From: Entomortierella parvispora E1425
Taxonomy: Eukaryota; Fungi; Mortierellomycota
Assembly: GCA_020891255.1 (NCBI GenBank)
Contig: BQFW01000009.1
Location: 1,054,001-1,118,000 of the forward strand
Length of the DNA stretch: 64,000 nt
Reading direction: 5' to 3'
The translations under genes and the position numbers were made by a program. Of the stretch, positions 36,162-46,534 are shown one piece after another. Within the stretch, counting starts at the first letter, position 1. The number at the start of each line of letters is the position of its first letter. Under the pieces are notes generated by a model. That model had not been told where the DNA came from and did no database searches. It was given only the letters and a program-made list of their open reading frames with translations.

Positions 36162-36815
36162 ATCTGAGAGGTAGTTGAACAACTACAAGGGTATGGAAAG
36201 AAGGAAGGAAGGAAAGAAAGAGGAGTAAGAAGAGAGGAAAAGGAGACCAAGGGAAGTGGAGCCTCATTCAGTGCCTTCATCTCAAAACCTGTTTCTACAT
36301 CATGGGCTCCCACACCCATGGGTGTCGAAATGAACCCCATCAGACTTGCATCTCGGGCGTCTCCTTTTGCCACCAAAAACAAAATAATAAAAAAACGACC
36401 GCGTCAAAACGCGTGGCATCCTGCAGGGAGCACAATGAGCACAGCCATTAGAGAGGTCCTCATTGTTCTCTGTCTCTGCATCCTTTCGTTCCTCCATCAC
36501 ATTCACCTCCAGCATGCAATGAGGCGAGGTTTGGTGCGCCCATCTGCTCTCAAGTCGTGGGACATGTTCCTGCGTGCTCGATTGTGCGACCATGCGCCAT
36601 TTCAATTTCCAAAGTACTGTACAGTGCTCTCCATCGACGCAATATTCAGGTCCTTCTTTCGTCACCAGTCCTCTCGACCCCTGCAGAACTACTATATCTC
36701 TGTCGACGGCACCCTCGCAGCTCGATGCCGGGTCTAGAGATGAGTAAAGAATATCGCTTCTTTAGAACTGCACCAGAATTTATTTTTCGCTCTAAAGCCC
36801 TGATCATAGGGCCAA

Positions 36816-38907
36816 TTAAACAGCTACCACAGGTGCAACGGCGGGCGACACATCCTCCGCGGCAGCAGCCTGGCTCTTGAGGGCCTCCTCTTCTCGCTTC
36901 TTCTTTTGTTCTCTCTCGTAGCGCACGGATGGCTTTTGAGGGAGAAGATCTATCTTGCCTCTTTTGGGGATAGGAGGAAGGAAGGCCACCATAGGTCTGT
37001 AAGCAAACCCCTTGTGAATCTCCCTGCGTTGGATAGACTCAGGCATCCAGTTCAGGAGAACATGTCGAAGGATCCTCTCTTGCAAGGTCTAGCAAAGGAA
37101 ATGACCAATGCCGATTATTAGTCAGTCATCTATTATCTGGTCTTTACTTATGACTGCAAATATGCTCAACTGAGCTCATCGTACCTGACCATGGAGAATG
37201 ACAGCATTGATCTTGCTCTTTTCGTACAACTCTGCAACGTGATGGTAACGCTGTTCCTTAAAGTCCAGAAGCGTTTTGTGGATGGCATCCTTGTCCAAGG
37301 ACTCTAGGTCATACAGGCAGTTTGCCAAGACGACAGCGTCTAATAAGGCAATCAGTGTGAATAAACATGGGACGTTTGACATTGAGGATTGGAACTGGAG
37401 GCGGTCTATGTATTCTTACCTTGGAGAGCACATACTGCTCCCTGACCTGCGCTGGGAAGCAACTTGTGGGCAGCTGGTGTCATCGATAGGAGAGAAAAGA
37501 AAGATGAGAGAGAAATTAGTTCAACATTCTCTTGATTGCACCCGGAACAACAAACCCCAAGAATACAAGACAAAAACAGTCTACCATCGCCAATAAGGAC
37601 TGTCCTTCCATGTGACCAGGTATCAAACAGCTTTTCTTCCAAAAAGACCCTGGAAATATTGTCCTCAGGAGTGGCATCGATCAGATTGCCAATGGTTCCA
37701 CACCCTGGAACTTTGAAATCTTTGACTTGGTCAATGAATTCGGGATTGGATTCAGGACCCCATTCCGAGTTGCGAAACCTGATCCTCTCAAACTCTGCAA
37801 CCGATGCAATCTGATAGACAACAACCCAGCAGACACAGTTCTCTGGCATGTTGAACTCGGCCCACTGAGTAAATCCGAAAATCCGAACGGAAACAAACAA
37901 AAAAAAAAAAAGGTGAGCTTATCTTGTCTGTGAAGACGCAGAGCATGCAAAAATGAAAACTCACACTGAAGTTCGTGCCGCGTCCAATGACCTGGCTGTA
38001 GATGGAGCCTTCGCTCTTCAAAAAGGGGTATTGTTCAGGATCCATTGGATTCGTGGTACCAACCATGGCCAAAAAGCCTTTGTTCAATTCTTTGGAATCT
38101 GAGGGAGGAAGCAAGTTCTTCTCTTGCAGGGTCTTGTACAGCCCTTGCCTCACTCCACTATGGGCACCATCAGCGCCTACCAAGATATCACCATGGTAGG
38201 TGGTACCATCTGCGCAACGAATCATGACTCCTTCCTTGTTCTGAATCATGGACATGACCTTTTTGTTGTAGTGAATCTTCTCCGCTGGGACCTTTGACAG
38301 AAGCAACTGATGGAACTTCGGCCGAGCAAAGTTGAAATATTCGTATCCGATTCTAGTACATACCGCAATGGGCATCAGTTTCTTTTGGCGAAGGATAATA
38401 TCTCATTATTTCTGGTAAAAAGTAACGAATCTTACTCGCCATCCTTGTCAACGTTGCCGAACGAGGCAGCGATCTTCATGTCGTCGTACATGATGTTCAC
38501 TTTGTTACCTGGAAACGAGATAGCCTGTAGCTCATCCAGAAGGCCGATCTGCTCGATAGCGGCAAGGATGTTTGCTGTCAGGGACATGACAGACCCTAAA
38601 GTCGCATCCAAGAAAGAAAGGTTAAGGACGATTAGCAACCATGTGTGTAAGAGAGCGTGAATTCAAAAAAGGTAACCCCTTCTCTTTCCATCATACCAAG
38701 GGGTTTGACACTCGAGGCTCGCTCATAGATCTGATATGGGATCCCGGCCTTATCAAGAAGGATCGCAAGCATCAGACCCCCAAGACCGGCTCCTACGATC
38801 ATCACATGGGGGTTTTTGTCGTCACTGGTGTTAGGAAGTTGAGATGGGTATTTGATAGGGGAGTCGTCAAACTCATCGACAGGTTTGCGTGCGCGATGGG
38901 GGTTCAT
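36816..38907 (-). CDS. M2: group A FAD-dependent monooxygenase
   Basis: MNPHRARKPVDEFDDSP...VMIVGAGLGG, ARPKFHQLL, LVGADGAHS, VLIGD|AAHKLLPSAGQGAVCALQ|DA, YRPMVAFLP. Confidence 0.9.
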
Positions 38908-39226
38908 TTCGGGTTGGCGAGATGGAGAATGTTGTGAATGAGAGATGGGGGACAGAATGAGATGTTCTTTTCAGTTGAAAAGTCTGAGCACAAAGGAGAG
39001 CAAAAGAAATTGGAGGTTGGTGGTCCGATGTTGCACAGGGCAAAGGCAAATTACCTGTTTTTGTGCATGAGCAAGGTCTGTCCAGCATGTTGGCAACAGC
39101 AGCGCTGTCCTCTTCTCTCTGGAAGAGTCGCAGCAGCCACTGATGTACCGCGCTGGTGATGCATCCGAGGACCTTGACGACGCGAACGCTCTGACCTCTT
39201 CTCAGGCACGAACGCCACTAAATTTA

Positions 39227-40175
39227 GAGCCAGATAAAATTAGTGGTGCGCATCTAGTGGTGACCTCACCACTAGACACCACTAGACACCACTGGTTTTG
39301 GAACCCCTTTATTCATTCTGAATTCGATTCAACATGTAGGTGTGGTTGTATCTCTGCTTGGTATTGCAGTGCAATGGCCGACACGCACCCCTCGAACAGA
39401 TGAAAATGCGATGTGCTGCTCCACCCCTTCTGCTCGTTGATTGTCTCTTAAAACTACTCTCCTGGTGCCCCGATCAATGTGCAGTCCACATGTTTTGCAC
39501 TTTGGCATACTTCCTCTAAGCCCAACAACACTAACCGAGATACCCATTGGGTGGATCATCCTTTTCTGGCGCTGTAAGATTGTTGTCGCTGGGACAGGAG
39601 ACATCTCTGGTGGAGGGCTCATTACAACTGGTGTTGGAGGAGGGCTTAGTGCCTCTAGATCTGAAAATTCCAAGGACGGGTCTGGTGTGTCCAGGTCTGG
39701 GAATGAGTCTTGTACGCCTTCGTCTGGAGTTGAACCTCGCGCGCCGATATTCGATGAAGAGGACGTGTCGCTCTTCAGGTACCAGGCCGTAACAATATAG
39801 TACCCCTTGGGGTGAGTTCTTTTCAGGAACCAGCCACTTGACCATTGGTCTTTTCATACCGTCGTAAAAGAGAAAACGACCGAGTATGGACACTGTGCAG
39901 CAGAAGTGTCCGCCATTCCCATAAATGACGCACCCCAGATAGGCCTCTGGGCGGAGAGACGTGCAAGGAAAACAATGGAGGAGGAAACAATGGAGGAAGA
40001 GAGAAGGTGGCCAAAGAAGAGAAATAAAAAAAAAAAAAAGTGAGGAATTTTTATTGGCATGGAGTCTGGTGGCGCAGTGGACTGCCTAGTGGTGGTGCCT
40101 AGTGGTCTAGTGGTGCCTAGTGGTGCCTAGTGGTGGGGTCACCACTAGATGCACACCACTAATTTCCATGGCACC
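39227..40175. mobile_element. 949-bp non-autonomous Mutator/Foldback-like DNA transposon with 67-bp TIRs and 9-bp TSD
   Basis: TIRs 39227-39293 and 40109-40175 are reverse complements (core AAATTAGTGGTG(C/T)GCATCTAGTGGTGACC(T/C)CACCACTAG(A/G)CACCACTAG(A/G)CACCACT); CTAAATTTA flanks both ends (39218-39226, 40176-40184); no transposase ORF. Confidence 0.85.
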
Positions 40176-40269
40176 CTAAATTTATTTGATCCCTTCATAG
40201 CGCCCACGAGTCTACATGTATTGCATTTGTTTTACTTCAACCATAGAAGAGAGGAATCCGATGGGCCAC

Positions 40270-42228
40270 CTAAAGAGCAACGATGGGTGATACAGTGACA
40301 GAAGATCCGTCTTCTGCTGCAGCCTTATTCTTGAGCGCCTCCTCTTCTCGCTTCTTCTTTTGTTCTCTCTCGTAGCGCACGGATGGCTTTTGAGGGAGAA
40401 GATCTATCTTACCTCTTTTGGGGATAGGAGGAAGGAAGGCCACCATAGGTCTGTAAGCAAACCCCTTGTGAATCTCCCTGCGTTGGATAGACTCAGGCAT
40501 CCAGTTCAGGAGAACATGTCGAAGGATCCTCTCTTGCAAGGTCTAGCAAAGGAAATGACCAATGCCGATTATTAGTCAGTCATCTATTATCTGGTCTTTA
40601 CTTATGACTGCAAATGTGCTCAACTGAGCTCATCGTACCTGACCATGGAGAATGACAGCATTGATCTTGATCTTTTCGTACAACTCTGCAACGTGATGGT
40701 AACGCTGTTCCTTAAAGTCCAGAAGCGTTTTGTGGATGGCATCCTTGTCCAAGGACTCTAGGTCATACAGGCAGTTTGCCAAGACGACAGAATCTTGTAA
40801 TGCACATACAACACCCTGCCCGGCACTAGGGAGCAGCTTGTGGGCAGCTGAAGCCAGTTGATAAGGGATGAAGGAGATGAAGGAGGAACTGAGTCCAACA
40901 ATTCACTTCAAGGTGACATCAGAAGCACCATATCACCAAAAAAAAAAAAAAAAAAAAAAAAAAAACTTTACCGTCACCAATGAGGACTATACGACCGAAC
41001 GACCAAGTCTTGAATAGCTTCTCTTCCAAAAAGACCCTGCAGATGGTGTCCTTGGGAGTGGCGTCGATTAGATTACCAATGGTGCCACACCCCGGCACTT
41101 TGAAATCTCTGACCTGGTCAGTGAAGTCGTGGTTAGACTCAGGCCCCCATCCCAGACTGCTGAATTTGGTCTGCTCAGACTTTGTAGTCGATGCTATTTG
41201 GGAGACAACGGCCCAGCAAACGCGGTTCTCTGGTATGTTGAACCCGGCCCACTAAATAAACCCAAGGTATCAGGATGAAGGGAAAATATACAGTAAGCTT
41301 ATGATGCACTCAAAAGAGAAGGGTGTTGAATTCGATAATTACTCACGCTGTAGCTCGTGCCACGCTCAATGACCTGATTGAACGTCGAGCCTTCGTTCTT
41401 CAAAAAAGGATATTGTTCAGGATCCATTGGGTCCGTGGTGCCAAACATTGCCAAAAACCCTTTTTTCATCTCTACTGCATCTGAGGATGGGAGCAGGTTC
41501 TTCTCTTGCAGGGTTTTGTATAGACTTTGCCTCACTTCACTGTACGTGCCATCGGCGCCCACCAATATATCACCGCGGTAAGTGGTGCCATCATCACATT
41601 GGATAAGGACTCTCTCCTCATTTTCATCCATAGACACGACCTTCTTGTTGTAGTGAATCTTTTCTGCTGGGACCTTGGATAGGAGCAGCTCGTGGAACTT
41701 TGGCCGAGCGAAATTGAAATATTCGTATCCGATTCTATTTGTACACAACAATAGAGAGTCAGTTCTTGGTGAAGAATCGAATCCCATGCCGTCGTTTCCG
41801 ATGCAAATCAAGAGTCTTACTCGTCGTCCTTGTCAACATTACCGAACAAGGCAGCCACTTCCATGTTGTCATACATGATATTCACTTTGTTTCCAGGAAA
41901 CGACATGGCCTTGAGTTCATCCAACAAACCGATTTGCTCGATCGCCGCCAAGATGTTTGCCGTCAGGGACATGATAGATCCTAGCAAAGGACCAAAAGCG
42001 TAGAATTAAGAACCACAATTGCAAGAAAATATGGACTAAAAAAAAACTATCACTTCCTCCCGTCATACCAAGCGGCTTGACGCCTGAGGTTCGCTCATAG
42101 ATCTCATAAGGGATCCTAGCCTTATCAAGAAGGATGGCAAGCATTAAACCTGCAAGGCCGGCACCAACTATCAACACGTGTGGGGCTTTGTCGCCACTGT
42201 TCCTGGAAAGCTGAGATGAACAGTTCAT
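40270..42228 (-). CDS. M3: group A FAD-dependent monooxygenase
   Basis: VLIVGAGLAG, ARPKFHELL, LVGADGTYS, VLIGD|AAHKLLPSAGQGVVCALQDS; the start is probably the in-frame ATG at 42228 because the ancestral ATG appears lost. Confidence 0.87.
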
Positions 42229-43627
42229 AGATAAATCGTTGAACAGTTTGAAGGATTTGCGGGTAGGGTGGGGGTTGTTGTTTGGCCGAAAGGATGGAGA
42301 ATGTTGGGATGGGGGTGAAAAGAAAAGATATAATGGGCAAACAAGATGTTCTCTTTTCCTGAGAAGACTAAACACAAGAAGAGCAAAAAAAAAAGGGAAA
42401 TTGAATGGTGGTCTGATGGTTGCACAGCATAGCAGCAAACCAATGGTGCTGTACAAGTGCAGGCCTACAGGGGGGCAATTAGCAAGAGGAAGAGGTTGTG
42501 GGCAGCAACAATTCTCGTATTTCAGTTATCCTGTCTGAACATGGCGTCAGGAGAGTACTTCATTAACCCAGAGTTGAATGGACGTCGCAACCAGCAAGTG
42601 AGCTGCATTCGTGCATTCGTGCATTCGTGGTATGAATGGGCGATGAAGTGGACAAGACGCTGCCCGAATCCTAAAACTTCGTTTCTCTCCAGAGTTCTTT
42701 GGATGCCCAGTTGTTGGCAACACTTTTTGTTCGTCCTCCCCATGTAGTGCGTTCTCTTCGTGGCACCCATCAGTTTGAGGCTCACCACTGCAGGCAAACT
42801 CGCTTTCATCTCCACGGATTCAAATCTGTGCAGGACAAATGCTTTCCCCGACAAAAAGAACGGGATGGACAACGTGCAGTGCTCAGAATGCATCTATGGC
42901 CAACCTCTCGGGCGCCCTGCAAGCGTAGTTGCTCTGTCAACACGTTTCGACTTTCAAGAAAGCAACACCAGCGTTTTCGTGTTCAGCTACGGATCTCCCT
43001 CTCTCCTCGTTCCTGGCTCTCATCGTCTTGTCGACTCAACATGAATCCCATCATACCGCAAACCCATCAGTGAGATGCACTTTAGCCAGCCGACCAAGGG
43101 GGGAAGAGTAGAAGGGAGATCAAGCTCACTCATTTCTGTTCCTCATGTCAACCTTATTTTCGATTCGCATGGGCTCCTACGATGTCCATACTGCTTTTTT
43201 CTACTGGGTTCAGTATGCATGTTTCAGGACTTCACTAGCAGACTGCGAGGATGCATCATCTACAAAGGAAAAATGGCCCGTCGCGTGTCACCCTGCGGGT
43301 CGGCACGCGTACATCCAACTGAAACGCCGACAAAAAGGCCCTGTAGGTCCGCTTCGCCATTCTTCTCATCTTGCTTCACATCCATCCGCAACATGCAATC
43401 AAGAACGGTGCACCAATCTGCTCTCGAGCAGAACGCTGCAGGCCCAGGGAAGGAAAAATTGCTCTGATTGTGCGACCATGACCGACCGTTCTCTTTTCAA
43501 TTGCAACGGTCCATGATAGCTTGCTCTTTTGCCGCCCCCTCCCTTCTTCATCTCTCCTCATCTCCTCATCTCTCATTTCGCTCATCCTTCAACCATTCCT
43601 CAACTTCCTCATTACTCTGTCACCATC

Positions 43628-45878
43628 ATGAACCCCCACCGTGCGCGCAAACCTGTCGATGAGTTTGACGACTCTCCTATCAAGCACCCCTCCCAGCTTC
43701 CCAAGAAAAGTGACGGAAAGACTCCCCATGTTATGATCGTAAAGTTGCAGGGTCTTAGGATTTTCTCTTGATATCCTCACGCCGTGAACAAGATTATTGA
43801 GATATATTAATACCATCTTTCTAGGTAGGCGCAGGTATAGGTGGTCTGTTTCTGGCCATTCTCTTGGACAAGGCTGGCATCCCTTACGAGATTTATGAGC
43901 GTTCTCCAGAAGTTAGACCCCTTGGTATGTAGGAGACAGAGCCGGATTCTTTCAACATCTTAAGCGATAAGTCATGCTAACGCCTGCTTTTGTTCTTGGC
44001 GCATCAAGGGTCTGTTATGGCCTTGAATTCAAACATCCTGGGCGTACTGGAGCAACTTGATATCTATGAGGACTTCAAAAAGATCTCGCTGCCCAGCAAA
44101 GTCTTTAACCTCTTCTACGGAGACATGAAGAAAATCGCTACTCTTAACACCAATGATGTGGAAGAAGCGTAAGAGCCCGTCCATTCAGACAGAGATAGCT
44201 CTACTATTAAGAGAAAACTGATCAAACATCATTCTTTAATATGATAGTGTCGGGTACGACTATAGGCTGTTTGCAAGACCTGACTTCTACGCACTCCTTC
44301 AATCTCGTGTGCCCGCGGAAAAGATTCACTTCAACAAAAAGGTTCTCTCCATGCAGCAGAACAAGGAAGGTGTCATGATCCGCTGCGCTGATGGTACCAC
44401 ATACCATGGAGACATCTTGGTCGGTGCTGATGGGGCTTACTCAGCTGTTCGACAACACTTGTACCGCACCTTGAAGGACCAAGGTGTGCTCCCGGAATCT
44501 GACAAAAAGGATCTTAGCAAAGGATATATTTGCCTTGTAGGAGTAACATGTGGACTTGACCCGATCAAGTACCCTTATGTTACGAACGTGGACTCTGTCC
44601 AGCATTCGGTGATTGGAAAGGGCACTCGCTACACGGTAAGCCTGATTTTCTGTATCTCCTGGATCACAAGTCGCTCAATTGACAAACCTCAATGACTTTC
44701 TAGTGGACCATTTTTAACGTCCCCGGGAATCGAATCTGTTGGGTCGCAGTCGCACAGTTGGCCACTTTGGCAGAGGCAGAGTTGCTCAAGTTCCGCAACT
44801 CGGAATGGGGTCCCGAGTCCAATGCTGAAATGATTGCCGAATGCAAGGACTTCAAACTGCCCATTGGAACAACGCTGGGTGATCTCATTGACCAGACTCC
44901 CAAGGACAAGATATCTCGCGTGTTTTTGGAAGAAAAACTGTTTGAAACGTGGAGTCACAATCGAACGGTCCTCATTGGAGACGGTAAGCATACGAACGTT
45001 GATCGATGGTGCCGATGAGCAGAGGGCACAAAACTAATACCCTCAATTCTCTTGGTGCCACAAATGAATCACCATCATAGCCGCCCACAAGGTATACCAT
45101 TTTATCCAAGGATGATCCAGAAGAAGCATCAACTGGACTATACCTCTTTCTAACCTGTATCTTCTTTGAACAACATATAGCTCCTCCCAAGTGCAGGTCA
45201 GGGTGCCGTGTGCGCCATGCAAGGTAAAAGGCACTTGAACAAACTGCAATGCCAAGCATCTCATTTATTCATACAAGTTACCTCATTATATACATGTACA
45301 AAGATGCCGTGATCCTTGCTGGTTGTCTTTATGACCTACCCTCCCTTTCTCCGGACTCGATCCGAGCTGCGCTCCAGGACTACCAAGATCAGCGTTACAG
45401 GTACGAACGCGCAAACTGTAAGGAATCTAATAGGATGCAGCACTGACAGGATGCCTTTGTTTGGATCATACTCTCTAGTCACGTCAAAGAGCAATTTGGT
45501 ATCAGCAAGACCAATGCTATCTTCCTGTATGGACAGGTAATCAGAGAGCATAGAAAGGGCGAATGTAGCTGTAGAGGCCAGCTCTTGTAAAATACTTTTC
45601 TAACTTCTCCATCTTATCCCCATGTACAGACGCTGTCTGAGAGACTCATTCGTTACGCTGCCTTCAATCTCATTCCCAAGGCGATTAAAAACAAACAATC
45701 TCTCAGAGGTGCGGCTTACAGACCTCAGGTCACCTTCCTTCCGAGGGCCCCCAAAAGAGGAACTGTCAAGGAGGTCCCACAAAAGCCTTCTGTCCGATAC
45801 GCCAGAGAACAGGAAGAATCAAAGAAGACGGCTGCCGTTGAAGCGACTGTGCCAGTGCCGTCCGCCGAAGCTGTTTAA
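43628..45878 (+). CDS. M4: group A FAD-dependent monooxygenase, 10 exons including an 11-nt microexon
   Basis: MNPHRARKPVDEFDD...VMI|VGAGIGG, ARPDFYALL, LVGADGAYS, VLIGD|AHK|LLPSAGQGAVCAMQ|DA, YRPQVTFLP; stop TAA 45876-45878. Confidence 0.9.
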
Positions 45879-46084
45879 TGGTTATAGGATGAACTTGTAG
45901 CTCTTTTTTTTTTTTTTTTTTACAGAAACGGCCCAATAAGGCAAACAATGATGGATCAATGGCATCTGAACGAGAAATAAAAACGACAACGACAATCAAA
46001 CGTTTCTTCCCATGTCATTAAAGATTCATTATCACGAGTACAGGGACGGATGTGATCGAAGGTCAAATCATAGCATGTCGTGCC

Positions 46085-46240
46085 ATATCCAGTTCATTCT
46101 TCCTGAGTTCAAAGGCGGTTGCTGGAGCAGAGTCTGATGGTTCTGTTAGTTCACACGTGCCTCTTGACTGTGGATGGTCCGGGTCGTGGGCACTGCTGCC
46201 TGTCTTCCCAACATCCGACTCATAACCCTGCAGCTCCGCC
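46085..46240 (-). pseudogene. Relic of the 3' end of an MFS2-like gene
   Basis: Encodes DVGKTG...HDPD...ELTEPSDSAPATAFE versus MFS2 DVEKTG...HDPD...ELTDPSDSAPATVFE; GTTGCTGGAGCAGAGTCTGATGG is shared with ~52088-52110. Confidence 0.8.
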
Positions 46241-46534
46241 TTTGCATTCCTGTCATCTTGCTTCACCTTCATCTGCAGCATGCCATGAGGTGAATGCTCC
46301 CATCTGCTCTCGAACACTGTCGACCTGCCTCTGCTGCCGTGTCCAAGAAGAGCAAGCTGCTCTAGTATCACTGTGCGACCATGGCCTTGCCATCTCTTTT
46401 CAAATGCAGCTGGCCACAATTGCCTGCTCTCTATTTTTTCCCCAACACGTCCTCCCATCCTTCTCATCTCTCTCCATCCCTCATTCCACTCATCCTTCCT
46501 TCTTCCTCAATCTCCTCGATCTTGCAACATCGTC

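Noticed and set aside
39236-39293. Short CACCACTAG repeats superficially like a CRISPR or tandem array
   Set aside because: No unique spacers and a eukaryotic context; explained as transposon TIR subrepeats.
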